Shown here: piece after piece, positions 1 through 13,900 of the stretch
Numbering within the stretch: position 1 is the first letter of the stretch
Layout: the number at the start of each line of letters is the position of its first letter
Source: Eimeria praecox
Lineage: Eukaryota
Length of the DNA stretch: 42,442 nt
Direction of reading: 5' to 3'
Assembly (NCBI GenBank): GCA_963920595.1
Contig: OY986947.1
Coordinates: forward strand, 6,510,001-6,552,442
Position numbers and translations under genes: made by a program
Notes under the pieces: generated by a model
Told to the model about the DNA's origin: nothing
What the model saw: only the letters and a program-made list of their open reading frames with translations
The model's database searches: none

Positions 1-174
1 GGCAATACTTTGAGGATGCGTTTTGGGGTGGGATCTGCATAGCGTCGGGATTGGATTCCAGGACATTTGATGAGTGGTTGTGCTGCATGGGGTAGCGTTG
101 GTGGGTCTGCGGCGGCGCTTTAGCGTAGGTGACCTGAGTAGGAAGCGCCTGACAGTAGCCTCCAGCGTGTTTGC

Positions 175-187
175 GTGTGTGTGTGTG
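175..187. repeat. Short (GT)n microsatellite in each array A unit, length-variable
   Basis: gcgtgtgtgtgtgtggag; one dinucleotide shorter near 6500 and 8612. Confidence 0.8.
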
Positions 188-207
188 GAGTATTCACTAT
201 TCACCAG

Positions 208-1992
208 GAGGTACGGCTTATATTGGGGTATAGCCCAAGCACGTGTTTATAAGGGATAGTGGGCAGTTTGGGTTTTTGGGTGCGCATGGAGTGGGCTGTG
301 GCGTCACCTTAGGGCTCTCTGTTTCGCAAGATGAGATTCCATTGTGTTGGGGATAAGCGTGCAATTGGAGTGCGATGCAGGTTGCATTGTTGCAGCCCGA
401 GAGGGAGGCGTGATTTGCAATTGAACAGGCTTGTGTGCATCAGAAAGTGCGTTTGTCCCTTAGATTGGGGAGGATGCGTGGTGTTCGTGGTGTGCGTATC
501 GGCATTTAGGATGTTGGGCGTTTCGCAGGGATTAGTTTGTCAGGGACTGTGTTGGGGTTGAGCGCTGTGAACAAGTTAAGCGACGGCGAGGGCTTGGTTG
601 CTGGTTAGCTTCGTGGGCATTTGCGTGAGCCATTGGATTGGGGTGGTTTGTTGCCTATGGACCTGTTTCAGAAAGTAAGGATTCTTGGGTGGGTGGAGTG
701 TGGCAGGTGGACGAGAATGTTCCTTGCGTTGTTTGCAAGGCAGGTCTGGATCTATGGTAGGGTAACCATGACCTGTTGAGGATGTTGACGGACGGCGACT
801 AGGAGGTGTTGGGCGCATGCGTTTCTATACAGCTGGCATGCAGCACACGTTTGGCTGGTTCCGGATGTAATGTTATGCATTAGGGGAGGGATGCGGAGCA
901 CTCGAGAAGCAGTGTTCGTTTGTTCACTCTAGCTCGTGTTGAATCATGATGGGCATGCAGGGTAGCTCGCCACCATGTCAATGCGTCAGAAAGTAGGCGT
1001 CGTGGCCAGCTTGCGCCCATATGCACTGCTGTATAAGTCAGCAGATATGGTCGAAACTTGTTTCGTGTTTTCGGGAATGAGTATGAATGCGTTATAAGGT
1101 GGAAAAGGAGGTGAAGCGTCAGGAGCAAGATATCGATACCGTAGGGCCCGAGTGGTAGTTTCATTGTTGAGGGTTCCGGTTTGCACCTGTGTGGGTTTTG
1201 TGGCAGGTGGATTGTGTGGAGGGGTAGCTGCTGGAGAGAGCATATATGGATGTTCCATGCCGCCGCGGAACAGAAAGTATGGAGAGGGTTGTGGGCATGC
1301 GATGGAACGGAGCGGTGTGTGTGACTGGGTGGCAAGAATCAGTATTTTGTTTATGCAGGGGGTGGTCAAATGAAGTGACTTAATTGTGGATGAGAGGGCG
1401 GGGGGGGTGGGGGGGAGGATTGGGACGTTGGTGGCGCATTTGGCAGCATTGGCTTGTTTCTTTAGTGTGGGGTATGGAGGTGTGAGCAAGGCGTGGGAGA
1501 AGGGGAGCATGGTGGTTCAATGCACCAGGAAGTATGTTTGGTTTTTCGTCTGCGTGGTTATTGGTAGGTGGGGTGGTCAGGTATTTGAGTATCGGGGCTT
1601 GAAGGAGGCGTGTTGCGGAGCACAATGTGTGTGTCTAATCAAGGGCTGCACCTGGTACCACCGAAAAAATGTTAGCTGGTGTTTTGTCGCTGAATTGTGT
1701 TATATGATTGAGGCCCAGGATAGGGTTTATTTGTGTGGCTTATGGAGGGGAGAGCTCGTACACTGTAGTCGTGAATGCGTTTAACATACCAGGAGGTACG
1801 GTCGACCTGCATTTGGCAAAAGAAGGAGTCGGGCGTTGACGCGGTGTAGACATTAGTGCATTTTACAGTTGGTTTGCAGGATTGCTGAAGTGTGGTTTGT
1901 GTGTGAGTGCAGTGAGCGTCAGGGATGATGCGTGTGAGATGGAGGGTACATGTCGTGCAATGTAGTCGTGAATGGGCTTCACTTATCAGGAA
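208..1992 (+). CDS. Eight candidate 3-nt microexons of array A unit 1 (E,K,K,K,K,E,E,E)
   Basis: cag|GAG|gtacgg 208-210; cag|AAA|gtgcgt 444-446; cag|AAA|gtaagg 672-674; cag|AAA|gtaggc 990-992; cag|AAA|gtatgg 1274-1276; cag|GAA|gtatgt 1529-1531; cag|GAG|gtacgg 1793-1795; cag|GAA|gtgcgt 1990-1992. Implied introns are ~195-330 nt. Confidence 0.75.
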
Positions 1993-4900
1993 GTGCGTAG
2001 GAGGTGGCGTGGTGAATGGTTGGAGGGCCTTGGTGGGCGTTATAGGGTAGTGGTGTTTCCAGTTAGGTTGCAAGGGCGGTGAAGGGTGGTTTGAATGGCA
2101 AAGGCGCCAGAGTGGCAATATTTTGAGGATGCGTTGTGGGGTGGGATCTGCATAGCGTCGGGAGTGGATACCAGGACATTTGATGAGTGGTTGTGCTGCA
2201 TGGGGTAGCGTTGGTGGGTCTGCGGCGGCGCTTTAGCGTAGGTGACCTGAGTAGGAAGCGCCTGACAGTAGCCTCCAGCGTGTTTGCGTGTGTGTGTGTG
2301 GAGTATTCACTATTCACCAGGAGGTACGGCTTATACTGGGGTATAGCCCAAGCACGTGTTTATAAGGGATAGTGGGCAGTTTGGGTTTTTGGGTGCGCAT
2401 GGAGTGGGTTGTGGCGTTACCCTAGGGCTCTCCGTTTCGCAAGATGAGATTCCATTGTGTTGGGGATAAGCGTGCAGTTGGAGTGCGATGCAGGTTGCAT
2501 TGTTGCAGCCCGAGAGGGAGGCGTGAGTTGCAATTGAACAGGCTTGTGTGCATCAGAAAGTCCGTTTGTCCCTTGGATTGGGGAGGATGCGTGGTGTGCT
2601 TATCGGCATTTGGGATGCTGGGCGTTTCGCAGGGATTAGTTTGTCAGGGACTGTGTTGGGGTTGCGCGCTGTGAACAAGTTAAGCGACGGCGAAGGCTTG
2701 GTTGCTGGTTAGCTTCGTGGGCATTTGTGTGAGCCATTGGATTGGGGTGGTTTGTTGCCTATGGACCTGTTTCAGAAAGTATGGATTCTTGGGTGGGTGG
2801 AGTGTGGCAGGCGGACGAGAATGTTCCTTGCGTTGTGTGCAAGGCGGGTCTGGATCTATGGTAGGGTAAGCATGGCCTGTTGAAGATGTTGACGGACGGC
2901 GTCTAGGAGGTGTTGGGCGCATGCGTTTCTATACATCTGGCATGCAGCACACTTTTGGCTGGTTCCGGATGTAATGTTATGCATTAGGAGAGGGATGCGG
3001 AGCACTCGAGAAGCAGTGTTCGTTTGTTCACTCTAGCTCGTGTTGAATCATGATGGGCATGCAGGGTAGCTCGCCACCATGTCAATGCGTCAGAAAGTAG
3101 GCGTCGTGGCCAGCTTGCGCCCATATGCACTGCTGTATAAGTCAGCAGATATGGTCCAAACTTGTTTCGTGTTTTCGGGAATGAGTATGAATGCGTTAGA
3201 AGGTGGAAAAGGAGGTGAAGCGTCAGGAGCAAGATATCGATACCGTAGGGCCCGAGTGGTAGTTTCATTGTTGAGGGTTCCGGTTTGCACCTGTGTGGGT
3301 TTTGTGGCAGGTGGATTGTGTGGAGGGGTAGCTGCTGCAGAGAGCATATATGGATGTTCCATGCCGCCGCGGAACAGAAAGTATGCAGAGGGTTGTGGGC
3401 TTGCGATGGAACGGAGCGGTGTGTGTGACTGGGTGGCAAGAATCAGTATTTTGTTTATGCAGGGGGTGGTCAAATGAAGTGACTTAATTGTGGATGAGAG
3501 GGAGGGGGGGGTGGGGGGGAGGATTGGGACGTTGGTGGCGCATTTGGCAGCATTGGCTTGTTTCTTTAGTGTGGGGTATGGAGGTGTGAGCAAGGCGTGG
3601 GAGAAGGGGAGCATGGTGGTTCAATGCACCAGGAAGTATGTTTGGTTTTTCGTCTGCGTGGTTATTGGTAGGTGGGGTGGTCAGGTATTTGAGTATCGGG
3701 GCTTGAAGGAGGCGTGTTGCGGAGCACAATGTGTGTGTCTAATCAAGGGCTGCACCTGGTACCACCGAAAAAATGTTAGCTGGTGTTTTGTCGCTGAATT
3801 GTGTTATATGATTGAGGCCCAGGATAGGGTTTATTTGTGTGGCTTATGGAGGGGAGAGCTCGTACACTGTAGTCGTGAATGCGTTTAACATACCAGGAGG
3901 TACGGTCGACCTGCATTTGGCAAAAGAAGGAGTCGGGCGTTGACGCGGTGTAGACATTAGTGCATTTTACAGTTGGTTTGCAGGATTGCTGAAGTGTGGT
4001 TTGTGTGTGAGTGCAGTGAGCGTCAGGGATGATGCGTGTGAGATGGAGGGTACATGTCGTGCAATGTAGTCGTGAATGGGCTTCACTTATCAGGAAGTGC
4101 GTAGGAGGTGGCGTGGTGAATGGTTGGAGGGCCTTGGTGGGCGTTATAGGGTAGTGGTGTTTCCAATTAGGTTGCAAGGGCGGTGAAGGGTGGTTTGAAT
4201 GGCAAAGGCGCCAGAGTGGCAATATTTTGAGGATGCGTTGTGGGGTGGGATCTGCATAGCGTCGGGAGTGGATACCAGGACATTTGATGAGTGGTTGTGC
4301 TGCATGGGGTAGCGTTGGTGGGTCTGCGGCGGCGCTTTAGCGTAGGTGACCTGAGTAGGAAGCGCCTGACAGTAGCCTCCAGCGTGTTTGCGTGTGTGTG
4401 TGTGGAGTATTCACTATTCACCAGGAGGTACGGCTTATACTGGGGTATAGCCCAAGCACGTGTTTATAAGGGATAGTGGGCAGTTTGGGTTTTTGGGTGC
4501 GCATGGAGTGGGTTGTGGCGTTACCCTAGGGCTCTCCGTTTCGCAAGATGAGATTCCATTGTGTTGGGGATAAGCGTGCAGTTGGAGTGCGATGCAGGTT
4601 GCATTGTTGCAGCCCGAGAGGGAGGCGTGATTTGCAATTGAACAGGCTTGTGTGCATCAGAAAGTGCGTTTGTCCCTTGGATTGGGGAGGATGCGTGGTG
4701 TGCTTATCGGCATTTGGGATGCTGGGCGTTTCGCAGGGATTAGTTTGTCAGGGACTGTGTTGGGGTTGAGCGCTGTGAACAAGTTAAGCGACGGCGAAGG
4801 CTTGGTTGCTGGTTAGCTTCGTGGGCATTTGTGTGAGCCATTGGATTGGGGTGGTTTGTTGCCTATGGACCTGTTTCAGAAAGTATGGATTCTTGGGTGG

Positions 4901-7900
4901 GTGGAGTGTGGCAGGCGGACGAGAATGTTCCTTGCGTTGTGTGCAAGGCGGGTCTGGATCTATGGTAGGGTAAGCATGGCCTGTTGAAGATGTTGACGGA
5001 CGGCGTCTAGGAGGTGTAGGGCGCATGCGTTTCTATACATCTGGCATGCAGCACACTTTTGGCTGGTTCCGGATGTAATGTTATGCATTAGGAGAGGGAT
5101 GCGGAGCACTCGAGAAGCAGTGTTCGTTTGTTCACTCTAGCTCGTGTTGAATCATGATGGGCATGCAGGGTAGCTCGCCACCATGTCAATGCGTCAGAAA
5201 GTAGGCGTCGTGGCCAGCTTGCGCCCATATGCACTGCTGTATAAGTCAGCAGATATGGTCCAAACTTGTTTCGTGTTTTCGGGAATGAGTATGAATGCGT
5301 TAGAAGGTGGAAAAGGAGGTGAAGCGTCAGGAGCAAGATATCGATACCGTAGGGCCCGAGTGGTAGTTTCATTGTTGAGGGTTCCGGTTTGCACCTGTGT
5401 GGGTTTTGTGGCAGGTGGATTGTGTGGAGGGGTAGCTGCTGCAGAGAGCATATATGGATGTTCCATGCCGCCGCGGAACAGAAAGTATGCAGAGGGTCGT
5501 GGGCTTGCGATGGAACGGAGCGGTGTCAGTGACTGGGTGGCAAGAATCAGTATTTTGTTTATGCAGGGGGTGGTCAAATGAAGTGACTTAATTGTGGATG
5601 AGAGGGAGGGGGGGGTGGGGGGGAGGATTGGGACGTTTGTGGTGCATTTGGCAGCATTGGTTTGTTTCTTTAATGTGGGGTATGGAGGTGTGAGCAAGGC
5701 GTGGGGAGAAGGGGAGCATGGTGGTTCAATGCACCAGGAAGTATGTTTGGTTTTTCGTCTGCGTGGTTATTGGTAGGTGGGGTGGTCAGGTATTTGAGTA
5801 GCGGGGCTTGAAGGAGGCGTGTTGTGGAGCACAATGTGTGTGTCTAATCAAGGGCTGCACCTGGTACCACCGAAAAAATGTTAGCTGGTGCTTTGTCGCT
5901 GAATTGTGATATATGATTGAGGCCCAGGAGAGGGTTTATTTGTGTGGCTTATGGAGGGGAGAGCTCGTACACTGTAGTCGTGAATGCGTTTAACATACCA
6001 GGAGGTACGGCCGACTTGCATTTGGCAAAAGAAGGAGGCGGGCGTTGACGTGGTGTAGACATTAGTGCATTTTACAGTTGGTTTGCAGGATTGCTGAAGT
6101 GTGGTTTGTGTGTGAGTGCAGTGAGCGTCAGGGATGATGCGTGTGAGATGGAGGGTACATGTCGTGCAATGTAGTCGTGAATGGGCTTCACTTATCAGGA
6201 AGTGCGTAGGAGGTGGCGTGGTGAATGGTTGGAGGGCCTTGGTGGGCGTTATAGGGTATTGGTGTTTCCAGTTAGTTTGCAAGGGCAGTGAGGGGGAGTT
6301 TGAATGGCAAAGGCGCCAGAGTGGCAATATTTTGAGGATGCGTTTTGGGGTGGGATCTGCATAGCGTCGGGATTGGATACCAGGACATTTGATGAGTGGT
6401 TGTGCTGCATGGGGTAGCGTTGGTGGGTCTGCGGCAGCGCTTTAGCGTAGGTGACCTGAGTAGGAAGCGCCTGACAGTAGCCTCCAGCGTGTTTGCGTGT
6501 GTGTGTGGAGTATTCACTATTCACCAGGAGGTACGGTTTATATTGGGGTATAGCCCAAGCACGTGTTTATAAGGGATAGTGGGCAGTTTGGGTTTTTGGG
6601 TGCGCATGGAGTGGGTTGTGGCGTCACCCTAGGGCTGTCCGCTTCGCAAGATGAGATTCCATTGTGTTGGGGATAAGCGTGCAGTTGGAGTGCGATGCAG
6701 GTTGCATTGTTGCAGCCCGAGAGGGAAGCATGAGTTGCAATTGAACAGGCTTGTGTGCATCAGGAAGTGCGTTTGTCCCTTAGATTGGGGAGGATGCGTG
6801 GTGTTCGTGGTGTGCGTATCGGCATTTGGGATGCTGGGCGTTTCGCAGGGATTAGTTTGTCAGGGACTTTGTTGGGGTTGAGCGCTGTGAACAAGTTAAG
6901 CGACGGCGAGGGCTTGGTTGCTGGTTAGCTTCGTGGGCATTTGCGTGAGCCATTGGATTGGGGTGGTTTGTTGCCTATGGACCTGTTTCAGAAAGTAAGG
7001 ATTCTTGGGTGGGTGGAGTGTGGCAGGTGGACGAGAATGTTCCTTGCGTTGTGTGCAAGGCGGGTCTGGATCTATGGTAGGGTAAGCATGGCCTGTTGAA
7101 GATGTTGACGGACGGCGTCTAGGAGCTGTTGGGCGCATGCGTTTCTATACATCTGGCATGCAGCACACGTTTGGCTGGTTCCGGATGTAATGTTATGCAT
7201 TATGGAAGGGATGCGGAGCACTCGAGAAGCAGTGTTCGTTTGTTCACTCTAGCTCGTGTTGAATCATGATGGGCATGCAGGGTAGCTCGCCACCATGTCA
7301 ATGCGTCAGAAAGTAGGCGTCGTGGCCAGCTTGCGCCCATATGCACTGCTGTATAAGTCAGCAGATATGGTCCAAACTTGTTTCGTGTTTTCGGGAATGA
7401 GTATGAATGCGTTAGAAGGTGGAAAAGGAGGTGAAGCGTCAGGAGCAAGATATCGATACCGTAGGGCCCGAGTGGTAGTTTCATTGTTGAGGGTTCCGGT
7501 TTGCACCTGTGTGGTTTTTGTGGCAGGTGGATTGTGTGGAGGGGTAGCTGCTGCAGAGAGCATATATGGATGTTCCATGCCGCCGCGGAACAGAAAGTAT
7601 GCAGAGGGTCGTGGGCTTGCGATGGAACGGAGCGGTGTCAGTGACTGGGTGGCAAGAATCAGTATTTTGTTTATGCAGGGGGTGGTCAAATGAAGTGACT
7701 TAATTGTGGATGAGAGGGAGGGGGGGGTGGGGGGGAGGATTGGGACGTTTGTGGTGCATTTGGCAGCATTGGTTTGTTTCTTTAATGTGGGGTATGGAGG
7801 TGTGAGCAAGGCGTGGGGAGAAGGGGAGCATGGTGGTTCAATGCACCAGGAAGTATGTTTGGTTTTTCGTCTGCGTGGTTATTGGTAGGTGGGGTGGTCA

Positions 7901-10900
7901 GGTATTTGAGTAGCGGGGCTTGAAGGAGGCGTGTTGTGGAGCACAATGTGTGTGTCTAATCAAGGGCTGCACCTGGTACCACCGAAAAAATGTTAGCTGG
8001 TGCTTTGTCGCTGAATTGTGATATATGATTGAGGCCCAGGAGAGGGTTTATTTGTGTGGCTTATGGAGGGGAGAGCTCGTACACTGTAGTCGTGAATGCG
8101 TTTAACATACCAGGAGGTACGGCCGACTTGCATTTGGCAAAAGAAGGAGGCGGGCGTTGACGTGGTGTAGACATTAGTGCATTTTACAGTTGGTTTGCAG
8201 GATTGCTGAAGTGTGGTTTGTGTGTGAGTGCAGTGAGCGTCAGGGATGATGCGTGTGAGATGGAGGGTACATGTCGTGCAATGTAGTCGTGAATGGGCTT
8301 CACTTATCAGGAAGTGCGTAGGAGGTGGCGTGGTGAATGGTTGGAGGGCCTTGGTGGGCGTTATAGGGTATTGGTGTTTCCAGTTAGTTTGCAAGGGCAG
8401 TGAGGGGGAGTTTGAATGGCAAAGGCGCCAGAGTGGCAATATTTTGAGGATGCGTTTTGGGGTGGGATCTGCATAGCGTCGGGATTGGATACCAGGACAT
8501 TTGATGAGTGGTTGTGCTGCATGGGGTAGCGTTGGTGGGTCTGCGGCAGCGCTTTAGCGTAGGTGACCTGAGTAGGAAGCGCCTGACAGTAGCCTCCAGC
8601 GTGTTTGCGTGTGTGTGTGGAGTATTCACTATTCACCAGGAGGTACGGTTTATATTGGGGTATAGCCCAAGCACGTGTTTATAAGGGATAGTGGGCAGTT
8701 TGGGTTTTTGGGTGCGCATGGAGTGGGTTGTGGCGTCACCCTAGGGCTGTCCGCTTCGCAAGATGAGATTCCATTGTGTTGGGGATAAGCGTGCAGTTGG
8801 AGTGCGATGCAGGTTGCATTGTTGCAGCCCGAGAGGGAAGCATGAGTTGCAATTGAACAGGCTTGTGTGCATCAGGAAGTGCGTTTGTCCCTTAGATTGG
8901 GGAGGATGCGTGGTGTTCGTGGTGTGCGTATCGGCATTTGGGATGCTGGGCGTTTCGCAGGGATTAGTTTGTCAGGGACTTTGTTGGGGTTGAGCGCTGT
9001 GAACAAGTTAAGCGACGGCGAGGGCTTGGTTGCTGGTTAGCTTCGTGGGCATTTGCGTGAGCCATTGGATTGGGGTGGTTTGTTGCCTATGGACCTGTTT
9101 CAGAAAGTAAGGATTCTTGGGTGGGTGGAGTGTGGCAGGTGGACGAGAATGTTCCTTGCGTTGTGTGCAAGGCGGGTCTGGATCTATGGTAGGGTAAGCA
9201 TGGCCTGTTGAAGATGTTGACGGACGGCGTCTAGGAGCTGTTGGGCGCATGCGTTTCTATACATCTGGCATGCAGCACACGTTTGGCTGGTTCCGGATGT
9301 AATGTTATGCATTATGGAAGGGATGCGGAGCACTCGAGAAGCAGTGTTCGTTTGTTCACTCTAGCTCGTGTTGAATCATGATGGGCATGCAGGGTAGCTC
9401 GCCACCATGTCAATGCGTCAGAAAGTAGGCGTCGTGGCCAGCTTGCGCCCATATGCACTGCTGTATAAGTCAGCAGATATGGTCCAAACTTGTTTCGTGT
9501 TTTCGGGAATGAGTATGAATGCGTTAGAAGGTGGAAAAGGAGGTGAAGCGTCAGGAGCAAGATATCGATACCGTAGGGCCCGAGTGGTAGTTTCATTGTT
9601 GAGGGTTCCGGTTTGCACCTGTGTGGTTTTTGTGGCAGGTGGATTGTGTGGAGGGGTAGCTGCTGCAAAGAGCATATATGGATGTACCATGCCGCCGCGG
9701 AACAGAAAGTATGCAGAGGGTCGTGGGCTTGCGATGGAACGGAGCGGTGTCTGTGACTGGGTGGCAAGAATCAGTATTTTGTTTAGGCAGGGGGTGGTCA
9801 AGTGAAGTGACTTAATTGTGGATGAGAGGGAGGGGGGGGTGGGGGGGAGGATTGGGACGTTGGTGGCGCATTTGGCAGCATTGGCTTGTTTCTTTAGTGT
9901 GGGGTATGGAGGTGTGAGCAAGGCGTGGGAGAAGGGGAGCATGGTGGTTCAATGCACCAGGAAGTATGTTTGGTTTTTCGTCTGCGTGGTTATTGGTAGG
10001 TGGGGTGGTCAGGTATTTGAGTAGCGGGGCTTGAAGGAGGCGTGTTGCGGAGCACAATGTGTGTGTCTAATCAAGGGCTGCACCTGGTACCACCGAAAAA
10101 ATGTTAGCTGGTGTTTTGTCGCTGAATTGTGATATATGATTGAGGCCCAGGAGAGGGTTTATTTGTGTGGCTTATGGAGGGGAGAGCTCGTACACTGTAG
10201 TCGTGAATGCGTTTAACATACCAGGAGGTACGGCCGACTTGCATTTGGCAAAAGAAGGAGTCGGGCGTTGACGCGGTGTAGACATTAGTGCATTTTACAG
10301 TTGGTCTGCAGGATTGCTGAAGTGTGGTTTGTGTGTGAGTGCAGTGAGCGTCAGGGATGATGCGTGTGAGATGGAGGGTACATGTCGTGCAATGTAGTCG
10401 TGAATGGGCTTCACTTATCAGGAAGTGCGTAGGAGGTGGCGTGGTGAATGGTTGGAGGGCCTTGGTGGGCGTTATAGGGTAGTGGTGTTTCCAGTTAGGT
10501 TGCAAGGGCGGTGAAGGGTGGTTTGAATGGCAAAGGCGCCAGAGTGGCAATATTTTGAGGATGCGTTGTGGGGTGGGATCTGCATAGCGTCGGGAGTGGA
10601 TACCAGGACATTTGATGAGTGGTTGTGCTGCATGGGGTAGCGTTGGTGGGTCTGCGGCGGCGCTTTAGCGTAGGTGACCTGAGTAGGAAGCGCCTGACAG
10701 TAGCCTCCAGCGTGTTTGCGTGTGTGTGTGTGGAGTATTCACTATTCACCAGGAGGTACGGCTTATACTGGGGTATAGCCCAAGCACGTGTTTATAAGGG
10801 ATAGTGGGCAGTTTGGGTTTTTGGGTGCGCATGGAGTGGGTTGTGGCGTCACCCTAGGGCTGTCCGCTTCGCAAGATGAGATTCCATTGTGTTGGGGATA

Positions 10901-13900
10901 AGCGTGCAGTTGGAGTGCGATGCAGGTTGCATTGTTGCAGCCCGAGAGGGAAGCATGAGTTGCAATTGAACAGGCTTGTGTGCATCAGGAAGTGCGTTTG
11001 TCCCTTAGATTGGGGAGGATGCGTGGTGTTCGTGGTGTGCGTATCGGCATTTGGGATGCTGGGCGTTTCGCAGGGATTAGTTTGTCAGGGACTTTGTTGG
11101 GGTTGAGCGCTGTGAACAAGTTAAGCGACGGCGAGGGCTTGGTTGCTGGTTAGCTTCGTGGGCATTTGCGTGAGCCATTGGATTGGGGTGGTTTGTTGCC
11201 TATGGACCTGTTTCAGAAAGTAAGGATTCTTGGGTGGGTGGAGTGTGGCAGGTGGACGAGAATGTTCCTTGCGTTGTGTGCAAGGCGGGTCTGGATCTAT
11301 GGTAGGGTAAGCATGGCCTGTTGAAGATGTTGACGGACGGCGTCTAGGAGCTGTTGGGCGCATGCGTTTCTATACATCTGGCATGCAGCACACGTTTGGC
11401 TGGTTCCGGATGTAATGTTATGCATTATGGAAGGGATGCGGAGCACTCGAGAAGCAGTGTTCGTTTGTTCACTCTAGCTCGTGTTGAATCATGATGGGCA
11501 TGCAGGGTAGCTCGCCACCATGTCAATGCGTCAGAAAGTAGGCGTCGTGGCCAGCTTGCGCCCATATGCACTGCTGTATAAGTCAGCAGATATGGTCCAA
11601 ACTTGTTTCGTGTTTTCGGGAATGAGTATGAATGCGTTAGAAGGTGGAAAAGGAGGTGAAGCGTCAGGAGCAAGATATCGATACCGTAGGGCCCGAGTGG
11701 TAGTTTCATTGTTGAGGGTTCCGGTTTGCACCTGTGTGGGTTTTGTGGCAGGTGGATTGTGTGGAGGGGTAGCTGCTGCAAAGAGCATATATGGATGTTC
11801 CATGCCGCCGCGGAACAGAAAGTATGCAGAGGGTCGTGGGCTTGCGATGGAACGGAGCGGTGTCTGTGACTGGGTGGCAAGAATCAGTATTTTGTTTAGG
11901 CAGGGGGTGGTCAAGTGAAGTGACTTAATTGTGGATGAGAGGGAGGGGGGGGTGGGGGGGAGGATTGGGACGTTGGTGGCGCATTTGGCAGCATTGGCTT
12001 GTTTCTTTAGTGTGGGGTATGGAGGTGTGAGCAAGGCGTGGGAGAAGGGGAGCATGGTGGTTCAATGCACCAGGAAGTATGTTTGGTTTTTCGTCTGCGT
12101 GGTTATTGGTAGGTGGGGTGGTCAGGTATTTGAGTAGCGGGGCTTGAAGGAGGCGTGTTGCGGAGCACAATGTGTGTGTCTAATCAAGGGCTGCACCTGG
12201 TACCACCGAAAAAATGTTAGCTGGTGTTTTGTCGCTGAATTGTGATATATGATTGAGGCCCAGGAGAGGGTTTATTTGTGTGGCTTATGGAGGGGAGAGC
12301 TCGTACACTGTAGTCGTGAATGCGTTTAACATACCAGGAGGTACGGCCGACTTGCATTTGGCAAAAGAAGGAGTCGGGCGTTGACGCGGTGTAGACATTA
12401 GTGCATTTTACAGTTGGTCTGCAGGATTGCTGAAGTGTGGTTTGTGTGTGAGTGCAGTGAGCGTCAGGGATGATGCGTGTGAGATGGAGGGTACATGTCG
12501 TGCAATGTAGTCGTGAATGGGCTTCACTTATCAGGAAGTGCGTAGGAGGTGGCGTGGTGAATGGTTGGAGGGCCTTGGTGGGCGTTATAGGGTAGTGGTG
12601 TTTCCAGTTAGGTTGCAAGGGCGGTGAAGGGTGGTTTGAATGGCAAAGGCGCCAGAGTGGCAATATTTTGAGGATGCGTTGTGGGGTGGGATCTGCATAG
12701 CGTCGGGAGTGGATACCAGGACATTTGATGAGTGGTTGTGCTGCATGGGGTAGCGTTGGTGGGTCTGCGGCGGCGCTTTAGCGTAGGTGAGCTGAGTAGG
12801 AAGCGCCTGACAGTAGCCTCCAGCGTGTTTGCGTGTGTGTGTGTGGAGTATTCACTATTCACCAGGAGGTACGGCTTATACTGGGGTATAGCCCAAGCAC
12901 GTGTTTATAAGGGATAGTGGGCAGTTTGGGTTTTTGGGTGCGCATGGAGTGGGTTGTGGCGTCACCCTAGGGCTGTCCGCTTCGCAAGATGAGATTCCAT
13001 TGTGTTGGGGATAAGCGTGCAGTTGGAGTGCGATGCAGGTTGCATTGTTGCAGCCCGAGAGGGAAGCATGAGTTGCAATTGAACAGGCTTGTGTGCATCA
13101 GGAAGTGCGTTTGTCCCTTAGATTGGGGAGGATGCGTGGTGTTCGTGGTGTGCGTATCGGCATTTGGGATGCTGGGCGTTTCGCAGGGATTAGTTTGTCA
13201 GGGACTTTGTTGGGGTTGAGCGCTGTGAACAAGTTAAGCGACGGCGAGGGCTTGGTTGCTGGTTAGCTTCGTGGGCATTTGCGTGAGCCATTGGATTGGG
13301 GTGGTTTGTTGCCTATGGACCTGTTTCAGAAAGTAAGGATTCTTGGGTGGGTGGAGTGTGGCAGGTGGACGAGAATGTTCCTTGCGTTGTGTGCAAGGCG
13401 GGTCTGGATCTATGGTAGGGTAAGCATGGCCTGTTGAAGATGTTGACGGACGGCGTCTAGGAGCTGTTGGGCGCATGCGTTTCTATACATCTGGCATGCA
13501 GCACACGTTTGGCTGGTTCCGGATGTAATGTTATGCATTATGGAAGGGATGCGGAGCACTCGAGAAGCAGTGTTCGTTTGTTCACTCTAGCTCGTGTTGA
13601 ATCATGATGGGCATGCAGGGTAGCTCGCCACCATGTCAATGCGTCAGAAAGTAGGCGTCGTGGCCAGCTTGCGCCCATATGCACTGCTGTATAAGTCAGC
13701 AGATATGGTCCAAACTTGTTTCGTGTTTTCGGGAATGAGTATGAATGCGTTAGAAGGTGGAAAAGGAGGTGAAGCGTCAGGAGCAAGATATCGATACCGT
13801 AGGGCCCGAGTGGTAGTTTCATTGTTGAGGGTTCCGGTTTGCACCTGTGTGGTTTTTGTGGCAGGTGGATTGTGTGGAGGGGTAGCTGCTGCAAAGAGCA

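Noticed and set aside
800..811. tag|GAG|gtgttg as a ninth microexon in array A
   Set aside because: The donor is weak, and GT is mutated to CT in units 4-7 and 10 (e.g. taggagctgtt at ~7120).
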